IMG/VR virus record: IMGVR_UViG_3300045988_111426
Source: a virus
Strand: one strand, 5' to 3'
Length of the DNA: 64,000 nucleotides
The position numbers and the translations under genes were made by a program. Each line of letters starts with the position of its first letter. Positions within the stretch are counted from its first letter, which is position 1. Of the stretch, positions 1-9,418 are shown piece after piece. The notes under the pieces were generated by a model. The model was not told where the DNA came from and made no database searches. It was given only the letters and a program-made list of their open reading frames with translations.

Positions 1-2571
1 CCATTCGTGAAGTTTACGTGGACTACCATTGATCATAGCATCGATTTCAATAGAACTGTCGGTATAAGACACGAACCGCATATCGAGTTCTATACCAAAC
101 ATCTGGTCATATTCCTGCATCTTGATAGTGTCATTGTTCTGAGAATCGACACCAATCTTCAGAAGACCACTGACACCTTCAAAGTCGATTCTATCACCAT
201 CGATTATCTTCCCATCTTTAGACTTGGTGGATTGAGACCCCATTGTGTAAAGATTAAGGAAGGAGAGGTTGTTTTTCGATATCTTGTAGTCATTGTAAGA
301 AATCGTACAGATCATGACGATATTCTTGAATCGACGATTTCTTACAATGCGTATGGAAGATTGACCATTTGGATTTACGTTGAGGATCGAGGAGAATCTG
401 TAACCGTCGATGTCGTTCTTGGAAGTGATACTAATAAGCACACCTCTGAAGAAAGTGACATAGTCACCGACATTGTTCTTCGAGATTATCGACCAATTTT
501 CGGAAGGATCAGTCTTTGAATATGCCCCATTTCTAAAGCTATAACCGAAGACAGTGAAGTATTCTTGGAAGTAGTCATAACTCGAGAAACAATACTTCAG
601 TTCGTTGAATGGTTCAGAGAAGTATGATGACATTTTCCCATCTTCCTCCACGAGTGGATGTCTCGAAATTGGGAAGAACTCATGGGTGTAATACTTCGGA
701 TTAGGATAGGAGATGTTGAATGACGGAGAGAAGTTGTCAGTACCGAACTCTTCCGATACGTTCAGACGATACTCATCCAGACGTACATCTTTAAACTCAG
801 AAACCCACTTACAGACGGACTGTAGAGAAACAAGAGGTCTCTTCTCATCAATCGATACGACATCATAACCGAGGAACTTTGACAAATCGGGATCTGTCTT
901 CTGCTCTTCTGGTGTATATTGTCCAAGTTCAATGAGTATGTCGTTTCTCTTGGTCTTCGTCTTGAGCATGAAGTCGAAGTCACAAATGTCGATAAAGTTC
1001 ACTACAGACAAGGTGAACTCGGTCTGATCATAAACCTGTATGACGTTCTTTGTCTGATAGATTGGTGTGTCCGAGATTATGTCGAACATGTCAACATGTC
1101 GTCTCTTCTTGACGTGCTTGATTCGTTCGAAGTGATTCCCATTCTTCACGTATTTGCCTACACAGTTGAGAGCATTAGAATGGGACATCATGAAGTTGTT
1201 ATCACTTCTTGAGAATTTCTCATACAAGAGCGAAAGTGTTCCATCGGCAGAGGTTATCTCGAACTCAATAGAAGGTCTTGTTGAGTTTTCGACGATTATT
1301 CTATCGTGGTCATTATCCACGAAGACTTTCACACCATACAGACGGAGAGCATCAACGACCCATTCAAGACACGAAGCAATTCTCTGAAGGACTTCTTCTT
1401 TAGATCCGAATGGGTTGTAATATGTCAAGAACCATCCATCTCGAGACCATTTCTCATAACCATAGTCACCCCTTTCAAGATTCGAGAGTGTGTTGGAGAG
1501 TATCGTTTCTGATTCCTTACCATCAATGAAGATCTTTATAGACGTGTTGATCATCGGCTTTCGTGAAGCGTCGTAGATGATCTCGTTGTAAGCAGGTTCT
1601 TGCTCTTGATCTCCCTGCAAACGTATGTTGAAGATATTCGTTGTTGTGTATTGTGGGAAATCTTTCTTTCGAAAGTTCTTGATATCAACAACTGCGTCAT
1701 CAGTCTTCATAAGACAAAGATCGACATCTTTGAAGTTGTCTTGTATCTTCTGTATTACGACATCATTCAGATCGGAATAAAGATAAGTCGTGAGGTTTAT
1801 GTCATCAGCATAAAGACCGAAGTAATTCTCATACTTAAGTTCCGTTGAAGGATCATCAAACAAGAACTCGAAGTTGAAGAGCTTGTGGGATACAAGCGAA
1901 TGTCTCTTGTAACCTTCAGTGATCCATTTGTCAAACTCATAGACACTTTGAGCACCACCGACGAAGTCTTCGATTGATTCTGATACTTGAACAATTGATG
2001 ATTTTTCCACCGATATACCAGTGTAAGTGACGTGTTTTTGTATGAAGTCGCATTGCACATGGGAATTTTGGAAAAGTGGGAAATCGGTGAGTTTCTCGAA
2101 GTACTTGCCTATTGGGGACTTATGAAGATCGATTATCTTCAAGATTTGGCAGTCACGAAGTCTGTCCTTCTTCCCATCTGACTTGTAGATGATGAAGTAC
2201 TTCGGAAGTTTTTCACCAATGTAAAGTGGGGCAAAAATCGAAAATTCCTCATCATAAAGCATCGACGTACATCTCTGAACTTTGTAAAGATAGGTCTGAT
2301 CAACCATGTCCGCATATTTCTCATAGACATAACCATCGGGTTTCGTGGGGGATTCGTAGAATATGTTCCGAGGAACATCAGCGAAAACTTTTGAGATATC
2401 ATCAAAAGGTGCTGATGATACACTAAGTGGTTTCGTATAAGCTATGCTCGACAAGGTATCATTAACTGGTATTGTGGAAATCTGGAAATCTCCATCTGAC
2501 TTCACTACAAACTTGATATTGCCAGTTAATAATGGGTTTGTTCTAACAATTGCTGATGATCTTTTAGACAT
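1..2571 (-). CDS. large virion-type protein, C-terminus beyond left window edge (at least 857 aa)
   Basis: Own translation of the minus strand from ATG at 2571 (MSKRSSAIVRTNPLLTGNIKF...) stays open to base 1. It is missing from the ORF track only because no stop lies in the window. Track ORFs at 7-2426 are short and in other frames. A TAAATAACGAAA motif lies just upstream. Confidence 0.7.
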   Translation of the reverse strand, partial: MSKRSSAIVRTNPLLTGNIKFVVKSDGDFQISTIPVNDTLSSIAYTKPLSVSSAPFDDISKVFADVPRNIFYESPTKPDGYVYEKYADMVDQTYLYKVQRCTSMLYDEEFSIFAPLYIGEKLPKYFIIYKSDGKKDRLRDCQILKIIDLHKSPIGKYFEKLTDFPLFQNSHVQCDFIQKHVTYTGISVEKSSIVQVSESIEDFVGGAQSVYEFDKWITEGYKRHSLVSHKLFNFEFLFDDPSTELKYENYFGLYADDINLTTYLYSDLNDVVIQKIQDNFKDVDLCLMKTDDAVVDIKNFRKKDFPQYTTTNIFNIRLQGDQEQEPAYNEIIYDASRKPMINTSIKIFIDGKESETILSNTLSNLERGDYGYEKWSRDGWFLTYYNPFGSKEEVLQRIASCLEWVVDALRLYGVKVFVDNDHDRIIVENSTRPSIEFEITSADGTLSLLYEKFSRSDNNFMMSHSNALNCVGKYVKNGNHFERIKHVKKRRHVDMFDIISDTPIYQTKNVIQVYDQTEFTLSVVNFIDICDFDFMLKTKTKRNDILIELGQYTPEEQKTDPDLSKFLGYDVVSIDEKRPLVSLQSVCKWVSEFKDVRLDEYRLNVSEEFGTDNFSPSFNISYPNPKYYTHEFFPISRHPLVEEDGKMSSYFSEPFNELKYCFSSYDYFQEYFTVFGYSFRNGAYSKTDPSENWSIISKNNVGDYVTFFRGVLISITSKNDIDGYRFSSILNVNPNGQSSIRIVRNRRFKNIVMICTISYNDYKISKNNLSFLNLYTMGSQSTKSKDGKIIDGDRIDFEGVSGLLKIGVDSQNNDTIKMQEYDQMFGIELDMRFVSYTDSSIEIDAMINGSPRKLHEW

Positions 2572-2584
2572 ATTTCGGACAAAG

Positions 2585-2596
2585 TTTCGTTATTTA
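2585..2596 (-). promoter_or_regulatory. late-type upstream motif TAAATAACGAAA (sense strand)
   Basis: Exact 12-mer about 14 nt upstream of the ATG at 2571. The same 12-mer recurs upstream of 7 virion-type genes in the window. Confidence 0.5.
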
Positions 2597-2606
2597 CAAA
2601 TATGTC

Positions 2607-2642
2607 GAGAGAGCCGATAGAAAAAGATCTGTCGGCTCTCTC
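2607..2642 (-). terminator. hairpin downstream of ligase gene
   Basis: GAGAGAGCCGA ... TCGGCTCTCTC, an 11-bp stem. Confidence 0.5.
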
Positions 2643-2664
2643 ATTAATGTTCTGGGGAGGATGA

Positions 2665-4626
2665 TTAGAAGAGTGCTTTTGAAGGATCTATCAACGACTT
2701 TTGCTGTTCCTCAATGATCGTCTCCATTCCCAACAGTTCTCTAAACTCTGATTCGCTATAAATCCTAATCCCTGCACTCATCGCCTTTTGTTCCTTCGAT
2801 GATCCACTTCCCTTCTCCTTAATGACAAGATCAGTAACTACCTTCGTGTATGTTGCAGACACTTTCCCACCATTTTTAACAATAGTGTCTTCCATCGCCT
2901 TGTTTCTGAAACCAGTGAAACAGAAAACTCTCCCTTGATAAATGTCGGATTCTGTGGTTTCTACCTTTGTCTTGAAAGTGAGTACCGAGGACAAGGACTT
3001 ATAGAAATCGATAAACTTCTTATAGTTTTCCACAAAGATACCTGCTTGGATATCCCCGAATCCGTTGATTTTGAGAATGTCTGTGGATGAGGGGTAGAAA
3101 TCTTCTAAGTTTTCCCACGTGAGAGAATACTCATCGACGATCCATTGAAGTTTGACTGATCCAAGACTTTGGAACATGTTTGATGCGTGCATAAGACGAG
3201 AAATGGTGATGTCGGATATACACTTTTCAAGCGAACGGACAATGTTGGAAGAACGCTTGTCTCCAAACTCTGAGAACACACTCGCACGATCTCTGATGAC
3301 TCTTACTATTTCGTCAGTGTATAAAGAATTCTTGTCGAAGATCTTCTCATATGTCACATCTGACATTCCTTCAACACCGAGCACTTTGAAGAAGAATATG
3401 AACTCTTGTAGATTTCTACCAGAGCATCTCTCATTTGGACAATAGACATCAACGAGAGAATCATCAAGAACAATAGGAGATGAACAGTAGGGACATTCTC
3501 GGAAGAGATGACCTTCTGTGACCATTTCTCCATAAGACTTCCATCTTTCTTTCTTTGGAATAGAGTGAATTCTTGGAATCACCTTTCCAGATCTCTTGAT
3601 GATAATCTCTTCACCGCATCTTAGTCCATTGTCACGGACATAACTCGCATTGTCGACGTAGATGTTGTTGCCACACATAGCACCATCAATGAGGACTTTA
3701 TCGGTGGTGATAGTTGGGTTGAAAGTCCCATCTTTCCCGATGAACCAATTCAAGGATCTAATAATCACTTTCTTTGTATCACCAAACGATCCCTTATAAG
3801 CAATAGCGAACTTTGGATTTCCGATAGAGTTGCGACCAAGAGAATCTGCAACAGAGAGGTCATTGATATCAATCACAAGACCATCGATTTCAAACTCAAG
3901 GATAAACTCTTGATAAGTTGTTGATAGGAATTCTTCGGTTATGTCTTCAAAGTCGACAAGAATGTACCGAACAGGTATCTTGTTGAGAGTGTTCAACCTG
4001 TCGATCATCTCCTGCTTTGTCTTATAAGAACCAGCATAACTGGTGTACTTCATAAAGACAAAGTCTCGAAGCTCCTCCGAAGACCTTGATCGTGGATTGA
4101 GCTTTCCTGCGACCATGTTTCTCACATTCTTGTATTCTGATGAGTACTTCTCTGAGAATACGCTCTGTGGGATGATAAGCTCACCGACTATTTCTTCATC
4201 ATCTTTAAAAAGTGGTTCTATAAGTGAGAAATGGTGAGAAATAGAAAAGCTCATATTCTCACGACCTTTCACGAGTGCTGTCACACTTCCATCTTCTGAT
4301 ATTTTCACCCCACAAGACACACCATCATACTTTGGTGTGACGATGAACTTCTGAGACTGGAGGTTATTTTTAGAGACCCACTCACGGAATTCCTCGATTG
4401 TCTTGATTTTCTCGAGACCATACATCGGGATCGAGTTTTCTACACGAGCGTGAGAAACACGACCATCGAAAAGTCTCGTACACGTGACCAGAGAATAGTG
4501 ATTATACGCCTTATCATAGTCTTCATCAGAGGCAGTTGGAAATCCAGAGCGATATTCATCGTTTCTCTCACGTAACCATTCTCTCAAAAGATCGAGGTCT
4601 AAGGAACAGATGTCGTCAATATTCAT
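2665..4626 (-). CDS. ligA: NAD-dependent DNA ligase
   Basis: Adenylation motif KYDGVS, Zn finger CPYCSSPIV...CPNERC, and a C-terminal BRCT-like GRVFCFTGF. Size of 653 aa fits. Confidence 0.9.
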   Translation of the reverse strand: MNIDDICSLDLDLLREWLRERNDEYRSGFPTASDEDYDKAYNHYSLVTCTRLFDGRVSHARVENSIPMYGLEKIKTIEEFREWVSKNNLQSQKFIVTPKYDGVSCGVKISEDGSVTALVKGRENMSFSISHHFSLIEPLFKDDEEIVGELIIPQSVFSEKYSSEYKNVRNMVAGKLNPRSRSSEELRDFVFMKYTSYAGSYKTKQEMIDRLNTLNKIPVRYILVDFEDITEEFLSTTYQEFILEFEIDGLVIDINDLSVADSLGRNSIGNPKFAIAYKGSFGDTKKVIIRSLNWFIGKDGTFNPTITTDKVLIDGAMCGNNIYVDNASYVRDNGLRCGEEIIIKRSGKVIPRIHSIPKKERWKSYGEMVTEGHLFRECPYCSSPIVLDDSLVDVYCPNERCSGRNLQEFIFFFKVLGVEGMSDVTYEKIFDKNSLYTDEIVRVIRDRASVFSEFGDKRSSNIVRSLEKCISDITISRLMHASNMFQSLGSVKLQWIVDEYSLTWENLEDFYPSSTDILKINGFGDIQAGIFVENYKKFIDFYKSLSSVLTFKTKVETTESDIYQGRVFCFTGFRNKAMEDTIVKNGGKVSATYTKVVTDLVIKEKGSGSSKEQKAMSAGIRIYSESEFRELLGMETIIEEQQKSLIDPSKALF

Positions 4627-4690
4627 ATCTTAAGAGATCTTTTTTAGTGTTTTGTACGATTCTTATCATAAGAACATACTTTCCTTATCA

Positions 4691-4752
4691 CAGAGAGGTA
4701 CTTTCCTTGCGCTCTGATAGGTCTTGTGGGGTGAAAATAGCACAAATAAGCG
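4691..4752 (+). repeat. partial copy of dispersed hairpin element (left arm plus core)
   Basis: GAGGTACTTTCCTTGCGCTCTGA followed by core GTGAAAATAGC. The right arm is replaced by a different hairpin. Confidence 0.7.
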
Positions 4753-4785
4753 ATGACCTCAAGAGAGAGGTTCTCTTGAGGTCAT
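4753..4785. terminator. hairpin
   Basis: ATGACCTCAAGAGA / TCTCTTGAGGTCAT, a 14-bp stem. Confidence 0.55.
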
Positions 4786-4816
4786 TATAGATTAAAGATT
4801 GTGTTATTGGAATCTG

Positions 4817-5212
4817 TTAGTACTTGAACAATAATTTCACTGCTTCTACGTGAGATTTCTGTCTTTCCCAAGACTTCTTATTCTTCTTGATAGATTCGAT
4901 AACTTCCACAGATTGTTCCGTTTCGAGCATTGTATCGAGATCTGAAATGTGGTTATCACAGACCTTGATAAGCTCGTTTACCTTATCCTCATTTGAGAAT
5001 TGTGACATGACCTGCGAAAGATTCCACAGAAGTCGGTGAGATTTTTCGAGTTGTTCAAACTCATATGCGTCGACAGATAACTCATCATCCTCGCCATTGT
5101 TACTCATGTCTTGAATGTAAGAGTAGATCTTTTGCAAGGTGACATTTAGAATCTTTGCATCGAACGAGGCATATTCTACTGGTACTGGACTAATCATTGA
5201 TTTTTCTTCCAT
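4817..5212 (-). CDS. hypothetical protein
   Basis: Track ORF of 131 aa. It overlaps the end of the upstream gene by 23 nt, so it is probably in the same operon. Confidence 0.55.
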   Translation of the reverse strand: MEEKSMISPVPVEYASFDAKILNVTLQKIYSYIQDMSNNGEDDELSVDAYEFEQLEKSHRLLWNLSQVMSQFSNEDKVNELIKVCDNHISDLDTMLETEQSVEVIESIKKNKKSWERQKSHVEAVKLLFKY

Positions 5213-6638
5213 CTTCGAGTTTTCTATCGTTTTTCTTAATATGTTCTATGAGCTTCTTGTTCAACACGACCATTTCATCAAACTTGGACGAGAGTGCGTT
5301 ATATCTGTCGATGATTTGCATCATTGTCGCCATTATTCTTGAAGAATCATCATTTACAGAGTGATGAGAAACGGCATCACCATAGTGGAAATCGGTCTTA
5401 AAGTTCAGTTTATATGACAGCGAATTACCCTGCTGATATGTGACGTTATCATGTCTTATTTTTCTTACTGTCGAGAGAACAGCAGATTCCGTGTTATATG
5501 GGACTACATCACCAAGGAACAGAACACCATAAAGATTGGTCACTGTTTCCCCAGAAGAATCTTCAACATCGTAATAGACGAGGATACAGTTGAAATCAAA
5601 GCTTCGTGCACCAGACTTCGTATTAAAATCACCGAGCGTGGATATTCTATCAGAATGTGTCTTGTTATATTCTTCGATCTGCTTGTAAGATGACACCTCA
5701 AAGTCGATCGAGATACCATCAAGTGATGATCTTTTGAAAGTGACTGGATCAGAACCATCTGCGTATGATCTCGTGATTTCTACATTCGTGGCATTTCCGA
5801 ACTCTTTATCGGTATAGTAACCATTTGGATACAACGTCGATTTCTCTTGCATCCACTGTTGAGAATAGGTCAGTGTGCCTGGTTGTGTGTCACAGTCATA
5901 AACCGCTTCCACAGAAAGTCCCATGTCGGTGATGTCTCTCGAACTTCTACCGTTTATAAGTTCAGATTGCGCACGATGTCTTACCACAGTCTGTTCGTTA
6001 TAGTTCTTATCGGATATTGATCTGAACATCACTTCTGGAGTAGAACCGTGATCAGAGGGAATGTTGATATAAGCTTCTGAATAAGAATCACCGTCGACGA
6101 TATTCTCTCTTACAGAAATGTCGATATCACCGATGTATTGAACAACTTTGTCGTATATTTCAGATTTTTCCTCGGTGAAGCGTTTGTCTTTGTCCGCTTT
6201 GAACTGTGACACCTCGGGCTGTTCTTCAAATCGGATCGCCCCAGTTTCCTTGAGCCACTTGAAGAAGATTCTCTCGGATGCATTTCGAAGAGTGGCACGG
6301 TCATAAGTGTCGGATTCAAGGAGAATGCTTTCCATGTTGAGGATGTAGTTTTGGAAAGATTCCGAGAGAATCTTCCTTGCACGGTCATGGATAAGGAGCG
6401 TCTTCTGACTATAGTCCGAGGTGTAGAAGCCTTCTATTCTTCGTGCATCAAGCGTATTTCTCTGAGAGGTATTTGTTTTAGATGCAACGATAGGTGGAAG
6501 ATTGAGAAGTGCAAACTTTGAAAACTTAAATCCGTTCGCATCATTCCCAGATGAAATCGTCTTTACATCTTCACCAGACGATTTAAAAGTTATAAATGTT
6601 CCCCTTTTCAGAAGTGGAAGAAGAGGTGTATAAGACAT
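5190..6638 (-). CDS. hypothetical virion-type protein
   Basis: Track ORF of 482 aa with the TAAATAACGAAA motif 14 nt upstream. Confidence 0.65.
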   Translation of the reverse strand: MSYTPLLPLLKRGTFITFKSSGEDVKTISSGNDANGFKFSKFALLNLPPIVASKTNTSQRNTLDARRIEGFYTSDYSQKTLLIHDRARKILSESFQNYILNMESILLESDTYDRATLRNASERIFFKWLKETGAIRFEEQPEVSQFKADKDKRFTEEKSEIYDKVVQYIGDIDISVRENIVDGDSYSEAYINIPSDHGSTPEVMFRSISDKNYNEQTVVRHRAQSELINGRSSRDITDMGLSVEAVYDCDTQPGTLTYSQQWMQEKSTLYPNGYYTDKEFGNATNVEITRSYADGSDPVTFKRSSLDGISIDFEVSSYKQIEEYNKTHSDRISTLGDFNTKSGARSFDFNCILVYYDVEDSSGETVTNLYGVLFLGDVVPYNTESAVLSTVRKIRHDNVTYQQGNSLSYKLNFKTDFHYGDAVSHHSVNDDSSRIMATMMQIIDRYNALSSKFDEMVVLNKKLIEHIKKNDRKLEDGRKIND

Positions 6639-6651
6639 GTTCTCGAGAATA

Positions 6652-6663
6652 TTTCGTTATTTA
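6652..6663 (-). promoter_or_regulatory. late-type motif TAAATAACGAAA
   Basis: Exact 12-mer. It contains the TAA stop of ORF 6657..7337. Confidence 0.5.
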
Positions 6664-7337
6664 AACTTCTGTTTCTGACGGAACAGAAAGTATATCAAAC
6701 GATCGAGAAATGTCTTCGTCCTTTTATTCCTATAGAAAAGTTCGAAGATTGACACTGATCCATGGCTTTCTTCATCTTTGATCTTTACTTCCACCTTTGT
6801 GTCAGAAGTTACACAATTGTGATTCAGAAGTCCATCGGAGAAGTAAAGCCTGTCACACGACACCGAGACATCATAAGTCATATGTGGGAAGTAGGAACGT
6901 TCCACACTTATGAGCTTTGAAACACCACCTTCTAAGTTTATGATGTAAATGTGTCTGTGAGAAACATCAATCTTCCTTCTGAAGAAAGACAAACAAGAAG
7001 ATATCCCAAACTTCTCAAGAGTGAAGATTCCGTAAGTTTCCGTGATTAGTGGATGATCTTTGGATATCACGGTCTTTTTACCATCTTCAAACCAGAGTTC
7101 ATAAAGATGCTCCATTTGGCATCTATGAACTTTCTGAAGTTGTCTTGTGTTATGGGGATGAAGTCTGCTGTTTATGCATCCCGATTTGTCATTTTTACAT
7201 TCGTGTGAGAGAACACGGAAGTTGGAAGATACGAGAAATGTCTCCAAAGTTTCATCTTTGGAGACATTTCTGAACTTCAGCAATCTTTCTGAAGATTCTA
7301 TGATGTAGAGAAGTAGAGATGCTAAAAATTTCCTCAT
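6657..7337 (-). CDS. Hint (intein-like) domain protein with a second block-A-like C-terminal tail
   Basis: Block B DGKKTVISKDHPLIT. Blocks F/G MTYDVSVSCDRLYFSDGLLNHN followed by C. The last 52 aa (CVTSDTKVEV...GSVSIFELF...TFLDRLIYFLF) resemble intein block A and the tail of the TerL fragment. Confidence 0.6.
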   Translation of the reverse strand: MRKFLASLLLYIIESSERLLKFRNVSKDETLETFLVSSNFRVLSHECKNDKSGCINSRLHPHNTRQLQKVHRCQMEHLYELWFEDGKKTVISKDHPLITETYGIFTLEKFGISSCLSFFRRKIDVSHRHIYIINLEGGVSKLISVERSYFPHMTYDVSVSCDRLYFSDGLLNHNCVTSDTKVEVKIKDEESHGSVSIFELFYRNKRTKTFLDRLIYFLFRQKQKFK

Positions 7338-8173
7338 CGATTAAGACTAAAATCGTTATAGTTCTTCGTTGTCACTGCAGAGATGAATCCACCCTTACCG
7401 CCGACACGACAGCGAACGAACCCCTTCATATTTAGGGTGGAAATAGTCCCAGCGATAGCGTGATCACCGTCCACAACGTCGGATGCACGGATGACATCAC
7501 GCATTTGTTGTTCCATTGATCGTACTATTGCCTTGTAAACGATCCATTCATTCTCGGTGAGGAACTGGAGACAAGGTTCGTTGGATTGGGCGAGTTCTTC
7601 TACGAATTCATAGCTTGCAAGACCATACTTGATGCTGTTGGTCTTGAGCATCTTCTGACGACGACTACGAGACACCTTCTCGCCTGTGAGAGTTATCTTT
7701 TCTTGCTCTTCGTCTTGCTGTTGTTCTTGAGCATCTTCGTCGATGATATCTTCGTTGTTATCCACACTGGTGAAATTAAGCTCGTGTTTTTCGCCATCAA
7801 GAAGATAAAGGACATGTCCCTTCATGTTGGAAGCATCGTCGAAGTTGATCGATATCTCAACGACATCTGTGCATTCTATGCCTTCATCATCGATGGAGTT
7901 GAGGATCTTGCAGATGAATTCCATCTGTTCTACCGTCATTACGGATTGATGACCGTTGTAGATATCGTTCGTCTGACGTGGCTTGAACGAGATGAAGTCG
8001 TCTGACCAAGCTATGAACTGTTCGTATGCGTCTTTGTCGGTGCAGTTTGCGTTCTCATCTACGAGGAATTTGACCCCATTGTGGTAGATTGAGCGGGTTT
8101 GTCCACGCTTAGTGCATGAGTTATAGACGTTAAGCAAAGAGCTGTACTTGAGGTTGAGGATCTGAGTTGCCAT
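7334..8173 (-). CDS. hypothetical protein (acidic central region)
   Basis: Track ORF of 279 aa with an ATGA overlap to the downstream Hint ORF. It is preceded by the duplicated leader. Confidence 0.6.
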   Translation of the reverse strand: MATQILNLKYSSLLNVYNSCTKRGQTRSIYHNGVKFLVDENANCTDKDAYEQFIAWSDDFISFKPRQTNDIYNGHQSVMTVEQMEFICKILNSIDDEGIECTDVVEISINFDDASNMKGHVLYLLDGEKHELNFTSVDNNEDIIDEDAQEQQQDEEQEKITLTGEKVSRSRRQKMLKTNSIKYGLASYEFVEELAQSNEPCLQFLTENEWIVYKAIVRSMEQQMRDVIRASDVVDGDHAIAGTISTLNMKGFVRCRVGGKGGFISAVTTKNYNDFSLNR

Positions 8174-8300
8174 GATCGGAATTGTTGTTTAGTTGAATTG
8201 ATTGATTGATCCGAGTGATCTTTCATAACAGTTATAACAAAAATCGTGCCAAATCATCACTGTCATGACAAAGTTGTCATATTCTGTCATCTTTGTCATA
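8174..8300 (-). repeat. duplicated leader/regulatory region, copy 1 (paralog of 55761-55902)
   Basis: About 130 bp nearly identical to 55761-55902, starting at the ATG (CATGATCGGAATTGTTGTTTAGTTGA...GATCCGAGTGATCTTTCATAACAGTTATAACAAA). Confidence 0.8.
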
Positions 8301-8346
8301 CTTCGTGTCATGTGTCTGTCATGTCATTCGTGTCATATTTTGTCAT
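8261..8346. promoter_or_regulatory. array of 9 TGTCAT repeats, including near-palindrome ATGACAAAGTTGTCAT
   Basis: TGTCAT at 8261, 8275, 8285, 8294, 8306, 8317, 8322, 8331 and 8341. Most spacings are 9-12 bp. Confidence 0.6.
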
Positions 8347-8376
8347 ATGTTCGGAAGGTACATAAACGAAAAAGCG

Positions 8377-9111
8377 ATGACAAGAGAAGCATTCATAAAG
8401 CATGTAACTGATGAACTCACAGAGGGTGGTGTTATTCCAGCAAGTCCAAGCATAACGAGAATAAACCAGATCATAGACAAATCACTCGCTTATTTCTATG
8501 ATCACGATGATGATTCTCACGAATATCAGTACTTGGTGGTTTCACCAAGCGCATTCAACACTGATTTGTTCAGATTAAAGAGACAGATTGCTTTCCCAAA
8601 GAATGTTCATGCCGTGATGAGATTCCGTCAAACCCGTCAGAACAGCTTTATGGGGAATTCTTATCTGATGGGAGGAGATTTCAGAGGAACGAATTATAAC
8701 TTAAGAATGGCGATAAATGGCGATTCTGAAGCATATCTCACGGCAATCGCATCATCTTACTTTTATCAACAGATCGAAAAGTTCTGCATAAGTGACGTTC
8801 AATACGACTATTCATCAATATCAAACATGCTCACTGTCATTGGTGTAGATCCAAAAGCAAGTTGTGTAGCTCATGTCTCAGTGAAAGTCCCCGATGAAGC
8901 AATGTTTGAACACGAACTTTTCTTCAGATACGTTTGTGGTCAATGTAAGGTATCGATTGCATCGATCTTTGGATTTACAGATCAGAAACTGATCGCTGGT
9001 TATAAGATCGACCACGCATCAATAAAAAGTGAAGGAAAGGAACTGGTAAAGGATGTCCTACAAGAACTACAAGAAAAGAGAACTGGTGACTTTATGGACT
9101 TCTTTGATTAA
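8377..9111 (+). CDS. hypothetical virion-type protein
   Basis: Track ORF 8293..9111 trimmed to the in-frame ATG at 8377 (MTREAF...). The first 28 codons only translate the TGTCAT repeats. An ATG at 8347 is an alternative start. Confidence 0.55.
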   Translation: MTREAFIKHVTDELTEGGVIPASPSITRINQIIDKSLAYFYDHDDDSHEYQYLVVSPSAFNTDLFRLKRQIAFPKNVHAVMRFRQTRQNSFMGNSYLMGGDFRGTNYNLRMAINGDSEAYLTAIASSYFYQQIEKFCISDVQYDYSSISNMLTVIGVDPKASCVAHVSVKVPDEAMFEHELFFRYVCGQCKVSIASIFGFTDQKLIAGYKIDHASIKSEGKELVKDVLQELQEKRTGDFMDFFD

Positions 9112-9137
9112 CTCGTTGATAGACGAATAACACTAAT

Positions 9138-9190
9138 ACTTATTGGGCGATATCTTCCTAAAAATCCGAGGTCGATATCGCCCAATAAGT
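9138..9190. terminator. bidirectional hairpin between convergent genes
   Basis: ACTTATTGGGCGATATC / GATATCGCCCAATAAGT, a 17-bp stem. Confidence 0.6.
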
Positions 9191-9207
9191 GTCGATCAGC
9201 TATTTCT

Positions 9208-9414
9208 TCAGCCGATCTTTTGTATTTCTTCTATTTCTTTCTTTGATTGTTCCGCAACATCATAGAGATCAGAGACCTTTGCATCTTTGTTCTCGTTTAT
9301 AAGCTTTACAATGTTCGAAATGAGAACAGCATCCTCTTGTGTCACCTGCAAACCGATAGTTCTAAGTGCTATGGCCAGATTTCTGTAATAGGCGATCTTT
9401 TCCTTGTTGTTCAT
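9208..9414 (-). CDS. hypothetical protein
   Basis: Track ORF of 68 aa, tightly packed after 9419..10129. Confidence 0.5.
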   Translation of the reverse strand: MNNKEKIAYYRNLAIALRTIGLQVTQEDAVLISNIVKLINENKDAKVSDLYDVAEQSKKEIEEIQKIG

Positions 9415-9418
9415 TGAT

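Noticed and set aside
7-2426. Track ORFs 7..519, 762..983, 919..1212, 1154..1387, 1306..1512, 1600..1848, 1797..2060, 2139..2423 and 2226..2426.
   Set aside because: They are short, mutually overlapping and have low-complexity or odd composition. All lie inside the long open minus-strand frame 1..2571, so they are shadow ORFs.
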